Source: Escherichia phage phiEC1. From it: a DNA stretch of 64,000 nt. Under the pieces are notes generated by a model, which was not told the origin of the DNA, ran no database searches, and saw only the letters and a program-made list of their open reading frames with translations. The stretch lies in the sequence record KY608965.1; one strand, 5' to 3'. The translations under genes and the position numbers were made by a program. This document shows, one piece after another, positions 28,379 through 37,931 of this stretch. Numbering within the stretch: position 1 is the first letter of the stretch; the number at the start of each line of letters is the position of its first letter.

Positions 28379-29335
28379 TTATGATTTTAATGCATTCATT
28401 GCGTTAAAAAGTTTAGAGTACTGCAACTGGAGATTGGTCACCACCTGTTGAGCATCACGAAGCTTAGCTTGTGCCTTATCAAGTTCAGCAGACAGTTGGT
28501 CTACAGTAGCCTTGATTTGATTGTAATGATAATCTTCAGCCGGAAGAAGGTCATTAGAAACATTTAGTTTTACTGCCGACAGTTTGCACACATTTGGCGA
28601 ACCTTTAAACATACCAGATTGTGCTGGAGAATATGCGCCTAGAACCTCTGCATTACCGACTGGTGTTGCTGTAATATTGCCTTCAAACAATGCATTTTCC
28701 TTTTTAAGATTTTGATAGTATTCAGAGTCTTTGTGCCACCATGGTGCAGGAACCTTTTTACCAATAGATACACGAGCCTGGATAGCGATATGGCCCTTAT
28801 TCTTGATAACGTCGATAATATTAAGCTCACGAGAATAAATTGCTTTAATCTCGTGGATATTATCACCTAAAACTTCCAACGCTTGATGGAATACACGAGC
28901 AACGTTATCATTCTTAGGTTTATACGTAAGAGTAAACTCATTCTCACTGATAACCATGATTTCTAACTTATCGTAAGTATATTTCAAATGTTTCATGTTA
29001 ATTGCTTGAGGACGAATACGAGAAGCAATGGCCATCAAATTGTTAAGGTTATTTCTGAACTGTTTAGCAAAATATTGTCCATAACCGCCAATACAAAAAT
29101 TACGAAGTTTCTGTTTGGCCAGTAAACGGCTGAACTCACCATTTTTAATGAACTCTTTAACGGGTGTGTTAGTAACACATTCAAATTGAGTAAACTTACG
29201 AGAATTAATCCCATAATACGAACAGATTTCCTCAATCTCTTCAGGAGTCTTTACAGGCATACGGATAGGATTAGGTCCTGGAGTATATGCGTTCGAGGTA
29301 AATTCTTTGATAAGTTCTCTACGTGTAATAGCCAT
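28379..29335 (-). CDS. hypothetical protein with C-terminal coiled coil
   Basis: 318 aa. Confidence 0.6.
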   Translation of the reverse strand: MAITRRELIKEFTSNAYTPGPNPIRMPVKTPEEIEEICSYYGINSRKFTQFECVTNTPVKEFIKNGEFSRLLAKQKLRNFCIGGYGQYFAKQFRNNLNNLMAIASRIRPQAINMKHLKYTYDKLEIMVISENEFTLTYKPKNDNVARVFHQALEVLGDNIHEIKAIYSRELNIIDVIKNKGHIAIQARVSIGKKVPAPWWHKDSEYYQNLKKENALFEGNITATPVGNAEVLGAYSPAQSGMFKGSPNVCKLSAVKLNVSNDLLPAEDYHYNQIKATVDQLSAELDKAQAKLRDAQQVVTNLQLQYSKLFNAMNALKS

Positions 29336-29361
29336 TTTATATTCCTCATGTTGAAAAATTT

Positions 29362-29390
29362 ATTATACTCCAACCATCCTTGGTTGTACA
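29362..29390 (-). promoter_or_regulatory. T4-type early promoter, near-copy of the 28345 cassette
   Basis: TGTACAACCAAGGATGGTTGGAGTATAAT. Confidence 0.5.
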
Positions 29391-30386
29391 TCATTCCTTA
29401 AGAAGTTTTACTACTTGAATAAGATTAGCTCGTTCTGTTTTATTTTTACCGTTTAAGCCTGCTAATCGTGAGATTTCATCGTCAGTCTGTTGAATAGTTA
29501 CATTAAGTTCGTTAATCAAAGCTTCAAAGTATTTGATTTGCTCAGCATGTTTTGATTCAAATTTCTGAACCGGAATAACGTCTTGGTTTAGTTCGTCAAT
29601 AAGGTCTTTAAGAGCATCTTCTTGGTTGATATCGTATTCAACTTCTTTTATTTCTTCAACGAGCTCGTCTTTATATCTAACGTCTTTTAGTCCTGGAGCT
29701 GGTCCTGAAATCTCTTCTTTAAGAGTACAAACATACCCAATACGGTATCCAATGCCGTCTCGCTTGATATCAACTTCGTCGATAAATCCACAATGTTTAA
29801 GACCAGAGCCGATTATGTCAAAATATCCTTGACGTCGTCCTTCAAACGTTACACGAACTACTAAGACAGTTTTGCCACCGACCTTTTGAAGCTCACATTT
29901 ATAAAAGTTTGTTGAACCTGAATAACGTGGATGAGTTTTAAAGTTCATCTGACGATCTAAGCCCATTTGTAAACGTGCTGTTACAGCCATAAAACGTGTT
30001 TGGTTCTCGTTAAGATGAGCAACGATCCATTTCAAAGGCATTTTACACTGTTCACGTCCGAACAAATCAGTACGTCCTAGATTACGCAGGATGTTGTTAG
30101 AGTTAATCATCGACAGAACGTTAAGTTTATTCAGCGCGCTGAAGATTCCATCAGCCATTGATTTTCCATAACCTTTACACGCTTTAATAAGCGCTCGCGG
30201 CAGATTAGTATAGATTTCAGACGGCATATGAAAATCAAATTTACTAGTCAGTAATTGATGAACTTGGATAGCAATTTGCTCATAATTAAGTGCTCTGCGA
30301 TCGTTATGGTCTTTAAACCACACTTTAATCTGTGAAGCACATAAACCGTTAATTTCATGTTTTACCGCATCAGATGTAATGCTCAT
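29391..30386 (-). CDS. hypothetical protein with C-terminal coiled coil
   Basis: 331 aa. Confidence 0.6.
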   Translation of the reverse strand: MSITSDAVKHEINGLCASQIKVWFKDHNDRRALNYEQIAIQVHQLLTSKFDFHMPSEIYTNLPRALIKACKGYGKSMADGIFSALNKLNVLSMINSNNILRNLGRTDLFGREQCKMPLKWIVAHLNENQTRFMAVTARLQMGLDRQMNFKTHPRYSGSTNFYKCELQKVGGKTVLVVRVTFEGRRQGYFDIIGSGLKHCGFIDEVDIKRDGIGYRIGYVCTLKEEISGPAPGLKDVRYKDELVEEIKEVEYDINQEDALKDLIDELNQDVIPVQKFESKHAEQIKYFEALINELNVTIQQTDDEISRLAGLNGKNKTERANLIQVVKLLKE

Positions 30387-30448
30387 AACTATTTCCTCAG
30401 ATTGAATTGGAACTCAAAACCATTATAACCCGTCCTTGGGTAAAGCGT

Positions 30449-30976
30449 TTATGCGTGAACCGTCTTTAAACGTTCTTCAAATTTCCTAAGAGTACTAATA
30501 CGTTCTGCTTTCTGTTTTGTGTAGTTTGCAATACGTTCTGAAGTGAGAGCGTATCGTTCGTTTACTGTTTCTTTCATGAAGTCAGGGATTTCACGAGAAG
30601 CTTTAATTTCATCAAACTTATCAAGTACTGCCTGATCTTCAGCGATTAAATTTTCGTACATCTCGATATCTTTCTTGATGAAGTCGATATCTTCCTGGGT
30701 TACTTTGGATAAACGAGATGCTTTATCCTTTTTGTACTGCTCGTTAGTTTCACGAGACCAGAATAATGTACGTTTTTTGTTAGTGTTTTTGTAGACTTCC
30801 ACAATTCCAACTGAATCGATGATAACAATCCAATTCCAGCGAGATTTGAAAATCTGACCTCCATCCACGGTAATCTCGTTACCATAAGCAACATCGTTAA
30901 AGAACTTGCTTTGTGCTTCAGATTTAAATTTACCGTCGTTATAATTTACCAGGTTGAAAATATCTTTAGCGTTCAT
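30449..30976 (-). CDS. hypothetical protein
   Basis: 175 aa; SD GGAGG. Confidence 0.55.
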   Translation of the reverse strand: MNAKDIFNLVNYNDGKFKSEAQSKFFNDVAYGNEITVDGGQIFKSRWNWIVIIDSVGIVEVYKNTNKKRTLFWSRETNEQYKKDKASRLSKVTQEDIDFIKKDIEMYENLIAEDQAVLDKFDEIKASREIPDFMKETVNERYALTSERIANYTKQKAERISTLRKFEERLKTVHA

Positions 30977-30994
30977 GTTTTACCTCCAGTAGTT

Positions 30995-31031
30995 GATAGG
31001 TCTATAATAACATAACCATAGACCTTGTAAA
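30995..31031 (-). promoter_or_regulatory. early promoter cassette with inverted repeat (PeSL-like)
   Basis: GTTTACA-17-TATTAT with GGTCTAT/ATAGACC inverted repeat around -10. Confidence 0.5.
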
Positions 31032-31034
31032 CAA

Positions 31035-31322
31035 CTAAAAGAAACTTTTTTCGGTATTTTTTCCACTGAACCAAACAGACTTCGGGATTTTTTGTAATTT
31101 TTCAGATTTAAGTTTCTCTTCCTGTTCTTTCTTATATACACTCTTGTCGTACTGGAGCATCTCTATGGCATTCTTTTGCAAACGATCTAAGGTAATTAAG
31201 GCTTTAGTTTTTCCTTTCAAGGAAGAGTCCTGGCGAACCTCCTCGCTATATTGCATTGTAGAACTAACCATACGATGAGCATAGAGTTCGACTGCAGCTT
31301 TAATTTTTTGCATAAAATCCAT
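31035..31322 (-). CDS. hypothetical protein
   Basis: 95-aa ORF. Confidence 0.45.
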   Translation of the reverse strand: MDFMQKIKAAVELYAHRMVSSTMQYSEEVRQDSSLKGKTKALITLDRLQKNAIEMLQYDKSVYKKEQEEKLKSEKLQKIPKSVWFSGKNTEKSFF

Positions 31323-31460
31323 AACATATCCTCTTTGATTTGTACATCATTATTTTTAAATATTTCTATGCCCTCAGTAGGTTCCTGGTGTCCTTCTTTG
31401 AGGTAAGCCATATGATTATTCATCTTTATGGCTTTTGTTACCTCAGAACTTCCTATAAGC

Positions 31461-32441
31461 TTATTTCAGTAAAGTTACTTCGGAGATTTCCTCCCAACCA
31501 TCTTTATCAGTTGAAATAAAATCTGCTACATAAAGAGCCGTACGTAATGATACATTGCGAAGACGAGATACGTTAGCCTTCATCCAGGACAATGCTTTGT
31601 ACGTTTCAGCATCAGTCAGACCACGTTTCTGCATCATGTCAGTAGATAATATTACGTCTTCAACTCGAACCATAATCTCTTCATTAGAGTGTACTCCAAG
31701 GTCGAGATACACTGAACGAGATACTAAAGCTTGAAGGTGTGGGGCAAGTTTCGAACCACGTTCTAACTCTTTATCGATATCAACGTTTGTAATGAAAACG
31801 ATAGTACCTTCAAACTCAAATTCTTTATCGATACCCTTATCATCAAGATAAGATGATGCAGTGCTCCAGCAAACTTTGCGTTTATCACCGGTATCTAATG
31901 CTGCTTTAAGAAGGTTCAAGATGTCCATATCCGAGAATACGTCAACGTCGTCGATTAAGAGAACGCTGTCTGCATCACGGTTGAGCCAAAGTTGTTCGTA
32001 AAGACCTATACCAGAGATTTTACCATTAATGCTTTTGTATTTGATGAAACCATTATCATTAGCATTACTAAGTGCTTTATCCAGAGAATACGTCTTACCA
32101 ATACCAGCTGCACCTGAAATAATGAGTGAACGAATTTTGCCATCGATAATGCCATTCGTCATCATGTTCATTACTTTAAAGCGTTTGTTGATACGAGTTT
32201 TCATATCTTCAGTGCTTTCAACAACTGCAACTGGTGATGTCTCAACTCCTTCCATTACGATGTCTGATTTGAAGACCCATACTCCACGTTCAGAACCATC
32301 AATCATAACGAAAATTTTACCATCACCTAAGTGGGAACATTCAGGATTAAGCTTTGCCGGGAACCATGTCTTTGTGGCAACATAAGAACCAGAGATTTCG
32401 TTATTACGATAGATACCTTTTTTGATTTGAACGTTGAACAT
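31461..32441 (-). CDS. P-loop ATPase
   Basis: Walker A IISGAAGIGKTYS, Walker B VLLIDDVD; start at MFNVQIKKG with SD GAGGAG. Confidence 0.65.
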   Translation of the reverse strand: MFNVQIKKGIYRNNEISGSYVATKTWFPAKLNPECSHLGDGKIFVMIDGSERGVWVFKSDIVMEGVETSPVAVVESTEDMKTRINKRFKVMNMMTNGIIDGKIRSLIISGAAGIGKTYSLDKALSNANDNGFIKYKSINGKISGIGLYEQLWLNRDADSVLLIDDVDVFSDMDILNLLKAALDTGDKRKVCWSTASSYLDDKGIDKEFEFEGTIVFITNVDIDKELERGSKLAPHLQALVSRSVYLDLGVHSNEEIMVRVEDVILSTDMMQKRGLTDAETYKALSWMKANVSRLRNVSLRTALYVADFISTDKDGWEEISEVTLLK

Positions 32442-32460
32442 TTTATTCTCCTCTTGTTTT

Positions 32461-32497
32461 GATAGGTCTATAATAACATATCCTAAAAGCATGTACA
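32461..32497 (-). promoter_or_regulatory. early promoter cassette (PeSL-like)
   Basis: GTGTACA-17-ATTATAGACCTATC. Confidence 0.45.
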
Positions 32498-32514
32498 CTA
32501 CTTTTTAAAAATAT

Positions 32515-32544
32515 TTTGACCCCCTAAAGGGACCCGAAGGTCCC
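32515..32544 (-). terminator. putative terminator hairpin
   Basis: GGGACC-UUCG-GGUCCC 5 nt after stop of 32550-32816; weak U tract. Confidence 0.5.
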
Positions 32545-32549
32545 CACAT

Positions 32550-32816
32550 TTACTTATCGCACTTAGCAACATAATTAGGCATATCACAGAATACGGAGCG
32601 TGTAACTACTCGACCCTTTGACCATGCTTCAGTTGCTTGTCCGGCTGTGCTATTAATATAGCTTGATTTAATGTTCTCAATACCCTGAGAATGTGATGCA
32701 TTTACCGAACCGTTGGAAGGTGCAGAAGACTGGTTACCACCAGCTCCTGTACCTATGGTAGCACCAACAGAGAATGCCATCATTACTGCGAATAAACCAA
32801 TTGCTAATTTTTTCAT
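32550..32816 (-). CDS. small secreted protein (signal peptide)
   Basis: MKKLAIGLFAVMMAFSVGA... then Gly/Ser-rich. Confidence 0.55.
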   Translation of the reverse strand: MKKLAIGLFAVMMAFSVGATIGTGAGGNQSSAPSNGSVNASHSQGIENIKSSYINSTAGQATEAWSKGRVVTRSVFCDMPNYVAKCDK

Positions 32817-32843
32817 ATTTACCTCAAGTTAAGGGTTATTTAT

Positions 32844-33830
32844 CTATTTATAGTAAGAATTATGATTTTCGAGATAGACTTGCTCAAGGAAGTCATCCCA
32901 GAAACTCATATCTACTTTTTGCTGCATACCGTTCTTAGCGGCTTGTTCTGATGCTTGTTCAACTTGGTCAACAATATCTTCTAGGAATTCTTGTACAGTT
33001 TTAAACGTATGTTTACCAAGCTTAACATCGAGAATAAATGGAGCATCCTGAAGTGGGTAAACCAGGTCGCCGGTTTTGTAAATTTCCAATAATTGAAGTC
33101 CACCACGACATGCATGACTCAATGCTTTCCAGTCAATACCTTCGTTGGCTTCTGCCTTACGAGCACGTTCGCCATAGTTCTCTTCAAGTTTAACCAGGAT
33201 GGCATTGAACTCTTTATTGGTTAACGTGTCTTGGAATTTACGGTCTAACAGACTATAGAATGTTTGCTTACCTGTTTTCTCGTTTTCGGTTTCAACCCAT
33301 GAAGCAAATTCACCTACAGGCAGAACATTCTTCATATGTGATAAACGAATTACTGCACCGTTATCAAAGTATTGTCCCCATTCATTAGAACGTTTAAGGG
33401 CTTGACGAAGAACAGCCAGTCGAGAACCCTTGACACCGTATTTAGAAGCTTGCTTACGGACATACCCTAAATAAGATTTCATGTTAGTGGTATAGAAACG
33501 AGACCTGTTATCTTGAATATACTTCCATACATCAGGCAAATCAGATTTAACTACTAGACTTGGTGGAGTGTGAAGCATATCTAATGCGACGGTTTCACCA
33601 TCCGCAGCTAGTTTAAAGAAATATTTGAGACTATATAACTCATGGTCCACGTCGTCTTTTGTGTTCTTAGAAGATGTGTTATTCGTGTTCTTGCTCATAT
33701 GTTCTTTAACGTTACCGGTCAAAATATCACGAGCATGAGGGACATAAATTTCTTTAAAATCGACGTCAGATTCAGGAGTAGACGTTCCATAAAGGTGGCT
33801 ACCAAAGTAAGCCTTAACAATCGTTTTCAT
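32844..33830 (-). CDS. Pol-beta-superfamily nucleotidyltransferase-fold protein
   Basis: 328 aa; YFGSHLYGTSTPESDVDF matches GS...DxD minimal NTase motif. Confidence 0.55.
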   Translation of the reverse strand: MKTIVKAYFGSHLYGTSTPESDVDFKEIYVPHARDILTGNVKEHMSKNTNNTSSKNTKDDVDHELYSLKYFFKLAADGETVALDMLHTPPSLVVKSDLPDVWKYIQDNRSRFYTTNMKSYLGYVRKQASKYGVKGSRLAVLRQALKRSNEWGQYFDNGAVIRLSHMKNVLPVGEFASWVETENEKTGKQTFYSLLDRKFQDTLTNKEFNAILVKLEENYGERARKAEANEGIDWKALSHACRGGLQLLEIYKTGDLVYPLQDAPFILDVKLGKHTFKTVQEFLEDIVDQVEQASEQAAKNGMQQKVDMSFWDDFLEQVYLENHNSYYK

Positions 33831-34303
33831 TATTTAGCCTTATATTCAAGAGTAGGACAGATTTTTTCTTTACGAGCTTTAAGGTATTCACCTATTAATG
33901 ATTTCTTACGTTCAATAGGCTCAAGTCCATTTTTAATTCGTTCTTGGTTTTGTGCAATGAGCTCAATTTCTTTATAATATTTTCTGTCGTTATATTTGTC
34001 TAACAACCAAGACGGACCAATTATCAACCCAACAGAAATAAGAGCCATGACTGCTACAATTAAAATGCCTACGCCAATTGAGGCTGGAACTAATGTCCAT
34101 AGACTGCTAAAAACAAAGAATTTAGTTAAAATTTCATGGCCGATGATTATGACTGCTGCTAAAATCGCAAATCCAATAATTGAAACAGCCAATGCCGGGA
34201 TTAACGTTTTCCAAAAATAAGCACACAACGTTTTCGGACGATTCCATGTACTATTAAACGCGGCATAAATTTTAAAGTGCCAAGAGTTTTCATTGATAAT
34301 CAT
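33830..34303 (-). CDS. hypothetical membrane protein
   Basis: 157 aa, 2-3 TM segments. Confidence 0.5.
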   Translation of the reverse strand: MIINENSWHFKIYAAFNSTWNRPKTLCAYFWKTLIPALAVSIIGFAILAAVIIIGHEILTKFFVFSSLWTLVPASIGVGILIVAVMALISVGLIIGPSWLLDKYNDRKYYKEIELIAQNQERIKNGLEPIERKKSLIGEYLKARKEKICPTLEYKAK

Positions 34304-34312
34304 AATAATTCC

Positions 34313-34843
34313 TTATTTCAAAGTTGGGATAATAGAATCGAGATAAGCTTTAAGAGCAACTGCTTCATCTTTGTCTAATGTAACGATATGTTGACGAAGG
34401 TCATCAATTTGGCGAATAACTACAACATCGCCATCTTCATAAGAAGGATTAACGCCTAGGACTGTTGTATAGTCAGGGCGGTCCTGATTTGTAATAAAAG
34501 CATTACGGCATTTAGCCCATTGAAGTTTGGCCTTTTTGGCTGTTTCAGATTCAATGAATTCTTTCACCTTAGTGACGAATGTTTTCCAATTATTAATAGA
34601 AAAACATTCGTCTTCAGTTTCGATATTAACCCCACTATAAAGTCCGTGATAAAAACGAACTTGAAGGTCTTCATTAATGTTAATTACAGATGCATGGCCT
34701 GGTGGATTGAGTTTCAAAATCTTGTCCAGTTCCATAGGAAGAATAGTAGCAGCATCATCTTCTTGTGTCAGAACATACACATAACCACGTTTTTCGATAC
34801 ATAAATCACCAAACAACTCGGTTGTTTCAATTACAGTTTTCAT
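34313..34843 (-). CDS. hypothetical protein
   Basis: 176 aa from ATG at 34843 (track start is TTG). Confidence 0.55.
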   Translation of the reverse strand: MKTVIETTELFGDLCIEKRGYVYVLTQEDDAATILPMELDKILKLNPPGHASVININEDLQVRFYHGLYSGVNIETEDECFSINNWKTFVTKVKEFIESETAKKAKLQWAKCRNAFITNQDRPDYTTVLGVNPSYEDGDVVVIRQIDDLRQHIVTLDKDEAVALKAYLDSIIPTLK

Positions 34844-34844
34844 A

Positions 34845-35023
34845 TTATTCACCAATTAAAGTTTCAACAAAATTCACCAAATCATTCAGACAAGCATCAA
34901 CCTGATTTTCATAAAAGTCTTCGTTATCATTTACTGCATGATAAGCTACATCATTCAAATCTGAATCGGCTTCACGTAAGTCACTGATAAGGTCCATCAA
35001 TTTATTAGCTTGTTCACGGGTCA
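34845..35023 (-). CDS. hypothetical acidic small protein (58 aa), not in ORF track
   Basis: MTREQANKLMDLISDLREADSDLNDV...; stop abuts next start. Confidence 0.3.
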
Positions 35024-35150
35024 TTTTACCATACTCGTTTCAATAAGATTCACTATGCCGTTTACCATGTTATAAGTAAACATCGGATAATTGTATTGTA
35101 CTACAACATAAGCGATAAGCAAAAGTTTCATTTTGTTCTCCGTTCGTTTT

Positions 35151-35177
35151 GATAGGACTACTATAACATAGTCCTAC
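35151..35177 (-). repeat. palindromic early-promoter element GATAGGACTACTATAACATAGTCCTA(T/C), copy 1
   Basis: Inverted repeat centred on -10 TATAGT; GTAAAC (-35) at 35183-35188 on + strand. Confidence 0.55.
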
Positions 35178-35188
35178 CAAGATGTAAA

Positions 35189-35425
35189 CTACCGATTGTG
35201 TTTTAAATGTTGATAAAGTTCTTCAACTTGTTTAGGGTCCAAAACAATTAAGTCATTTTCTTGGCGAAGATAAATCCATCCCTTATCCCCAGGGCCATTT
35301 TTACAAAACATCACCGTCGTCATATCATCATCTTCAGCGCTTTCAGGTAAAAGTTCAAGTACACCGTCTTCAGATTTTCCAGTATAATCGTAAAGCATAA
35401 TGTCCTCACATAATCTCGTTAACAT
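35189..35425 (-). CDS. hypothetical protein
   Basis: 78-aa ORF. Confidence 0.45.
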   Translation of the reverse strand: MLTRLCEDIMLYDYTGKSEDGVLELLPESAEDDDMTTVMFCKNGPGDKGWIYLRQENDLIVLDPKQVEELYQHLKHNR

Positions 35426-35585
35426 ACATTTGCAATTCGGTGTGGGCGTCGGCCATCTTTTTCATAGCTCTGTTAATGTCGATGTCTCCATCTTCGCAAC
35501 CATGAGCATTTTCCCAATCAGATACCGCATTAGCGTACTCTTCAATCAAAAACATCAACTTAGAAATCTTTTCTTTACGTGTCAT
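35406..35585 (-). CDS. hypothetical protein
   Basis: Start MTRKEKISKLM with SD AGAGGAG. Confidence 0.4.
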   Translation of the reverse strand: MTRKEKISKLMFLIEEYANAVSDWENAHGCEDGDIDINRAMKKMADAHTELQMYVNEIM

Positions 35586-35652
35586 AACGTTCTCCTCTAG
35601 TAAGTAAGGACTACTATAACACAACCTGAGGAAAAGTAAACTGCTAAATGCC

Positions 35653-35680
35653 AAAAAGCCCCAACCATAAGGAAGGGGCT
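35653..35680 (-). terminator. rho-independent terminator
   Basis: GCCCC...GGGGC hairpin followed by U5; same architecture as 51445. Confidence 0.6.
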
Positions 35681-35686
35681 AGTAAA

Positions 35687-35989
35687 TTAGATAGATGTAG
35701 GCTCTAATTTTATTTTCATGAACTCGGCAAATTGTCTGGCAGTTTTTATGCCTTGTTCATGACATTCAAATGCATCATCACAGGGGCTATTTTTGTAATG
35801 CTTTGCCATATACTTATAGAATTTTTCAGAATTCTCGACATTTTGAATTTCAAACAAAGTATATACGTTTTTAATCCCTGATTCCATAAAGTTATCAAAA
35901 TATGGGTCAATATGTGCAGTACCAACGATAGGAGTTGTTGCTGCAAAAAACCCCAGCATCGCCATGACAGCTATCGCTCTTAAGGCCAT
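35687..35989 (-). CDS. secreted protein (signal peptide)
   Basis: MALRAIAVMAMLGFFAATTPIVGTA... Confidence 0.5.
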   Translation of the reverse strand: MALRAIAVMAMLGFFAATTPIVGTAHIDPYFDNFMESGIKNVYTLFEIQNVENSEKFYKYMAKHYKNSPCDDAFECHEQGIKTARQFAEFMKIKLEPTSI

Positions 35990-36001
35990 ATAGGCCTCCT
36001 G

Positions 36002-36214
36002 TTAATTTTGGCCAGTATTTATTTTTCGCCTTTGGACGGCCTTAACATCTGTGAGGTATTTTTCCAGCTTGCGCTTGCGTGTATAATCAGCTTTAGAACC
36101 AGTTTGACGGATATCCTCGTTTAAATGAGAAATAGAATGTCCTAATTCTCTTCGGATTTCATCCAATTGGGTTACAGTAAGATTACGAAGTTGTCTTTCG
36201 TTTAATTGCTGCAT
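36002..36214 (-). CDS. hypothetical protein
   Basis: 70-aa ORF. Confidence 0.45.
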   Translation of the reverse strand: MQQLNERQLRNLTVTQLDEIRRELGHSISHLNEDIRQTGSKADYTRKRKLEKYLTDVKAVQRRKINTGQN

Positions 36215-36241
36215 ATATACCTCTTGGTTAGATATTAGTAT

Positions 36242-36823
36242 TTATAACAACCCTGTCAAATCATTCCAATGCTTCCGGCATAATGACACGTATCTATCGG
36301 TATCACCAATTTCAATTTGACTGCCATCTGTAATTGGAAGTCCATCTTCCGTGACTCTAGCTACCATTGTGGCCTTTTTACCGCAATGACAGACACCTTT
36401 AAGTTCAACAAGCTTATCGGCAATAGCCATTAATGCTTGAGAACCTTCAAATAGATTACCTTTAAAATCTGTTCGTAGTCCATATGCCATTACCGGCACA
36501 TTGTATACGTCAACAATACGACTAAGTTGATACACCTTTTCAGTAGTTAAGAACTGAGCTTCGTCAACAAATACACAGTGAATATCCTTTTGTGCTGCAG
36601 CCCATTTATAGAATTCAAAGATATCCATGTCTTTTGTAATTATATTGGCATCTTGACGAATACCAATACGAGAGACTATTTCACCTTTTGAATCACGAGT
36701 ATCAATAGCCGGTTTAAGAACTAATACACCCATGCCACGTTCTTTATAGTTATGTGCGGCAGTAAGTAATGAAGCAGACTTACCAGCGTTCATAGCGGCA
36801 TAGGTAAAAATTAAACTAGCCAT
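36242..36823 (-). CDS. tk: thymidine kinase
   Basis: MASLIFTYAAMNAGKSASLL..., matches T4 Tk; Zn-site CHCGKKA. Confidence 0.95.
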   Translation of the reverse strand: MASLIFTYAAMNAGKSASLLTAAHNYKERGMGVLVLKPAIDTRDSKGEIVSRIGIRQDANIITKDMDIFEFYKWAAAQKDIHCVFVDEAQFLTTEKVYQLSRIVDVYNVPVMAYGLRTDFKGNLFEGSQALMAIADKLVELKGVCHCGKKATMVARVTEDGLPITDGSQIEIGDTDRYVSLCRKHWNDLTGLL

Positions 36824-36831
36824 AAGAGTCC

Positions 36832-37017
36832 TTATTCGGTAATTCGTTCTAGATAATCATCTAATGCCCTTTGAGCATCTTCCAGTTCTTGTGTTGCGAG
36901 CTGTTTTGCCAGTTTAGACGAGAAATACGATGAATGTTCCCATTCATAAGCTTGTTCAGCCAAACGTATTTCATTAGACAAATAAATTATCTCTTCTTTC
37001 TGTTGACGAGTAATCAT
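36832..37017 (-). CDS. hypothetical protein
   Basis: 61-aa ORF. Confidence 0.4.
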   Translation of the reverse strand: MITRQQKEEIIYLSNEIRLAEQAYEWEHSSYFSSKLAKQLATQELEDAQRALDDYLERITE

Positions 37018-37196
37018 AATGAGTTCACATAATTAATGAGTTCTTGTTCTTTCCTGTCAAATGATTCCAACAATGCTTGATATTCTTCATCTGTTAAAGG
37101 AGCATATTCATCGTACGCATTGGTGGCTGCTTGCTCATCCAATAGGTCATGGATAAGTTCGAACAGTTTAGCTTTCTCTTCTTTAGTCAATTTCAT
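37014..37196 (-). CDS. hypothetical acidic protein
   Basis: 60-aa ORF. Confidence 0.4.
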   Translation of the reverse strand: MKLTKEEKAKLFELIHDLLDEQAATNAYDEYAPLTDEEYQALLESFDRKEQELINYVNSL

Positions 37197-37224
37197 TTAG
37201 CACCTGTAAGAATTTTTGTTTGAC

Positions 37225-37437
37225 TCATAACCATGTCACCTTTAAGCAATATTCTTCTACATGTTGTTTACGACCTTTCTTATCAATAAAGGTATATTCA
37301 ACGAATGTTCCGATGTAGTCTTTATCTACGTCATGTGGACTATTAATTGGACATTTAGTACGACAAATGCGTTCCCATTGACGAATAATTACTGCTTTAT
37401 TTTTAGGATCAAACGGATGTGGGTAATGTACTTTCAT
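37225..37437 (-). CDS. hypothetical protein
   Basis: Start MKVHYPHP overlapping macro-gene stop (ATGA). Confidence 0.4.
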   Translation of the reverse strand: MKVHYPHPFDPKNKAVIIRQWERICRTKCPINSPHDVDKDYIGTFVEYTFIDKKGRKQHVEEYCLKVTWL

Positions 37438-37931
37438 AGCAATGGTTCCCAATCAACAATCACAATTTCTAGTTTAGTGGAATACGTATCTAAAATTTCT
37501 TCGATGACATCCCAGTTTCCACCACCAATACCTGCACCAATTCTTGGCATATAAATTACAGGCTTTGTTATCTTATTCTTTCCGAATTTATTTAATTCTA
37601 TTATACAATTCATTAAAGCAGAGTACTCAAAATTAGGTCCCGGCTCAAACTGTGTATAAAGATTAAAGCAATAAGCTTTATGGGTCTTAAAATATTTTTC
37701 ATAAACCGAATAAGTCCCGAGTTTAGACTCGTCTCCGAATTCGGTTTGAAGTTTATCGGCTTCCAGAATTTTTGGATAAGCCTTTGCTAATTGACCTGCT
37801 ACACCAGCGCCCATTGTATGAAAACAATTACACCCATGAGCAATATTATTACCTTTAGAAAACAGGGCGACAATATCGCCCTTGATATAGTTTTTAATCA
37901 CTTGCTGCAAGTCCTCTAGTATAAGAGTCAA
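37434..37931 (-). CDS. macro-domain protein (ADP-ribose binding/processing)
   Basis: NIAHGCNCFHTMGAGVAGQ and PRIGAGIGGGNW macrodomain signatures. Confidence 0.7.
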   Translation of the reverse strand: MTLILEDLQQVIKNYIKGDIVALFSKGNNIAHGCNCFHTMGAGVAGQLAKAYPKILEADKLQTEFGDESKLGTYSVYEKYFKTHKAYCFNLYTQFEPGPNFEYSALMNCIIELNKFGKNKITKPVIYMPRIGAGIGGGNWDVIEEILDTYSTKLEIVIVDWEPLL

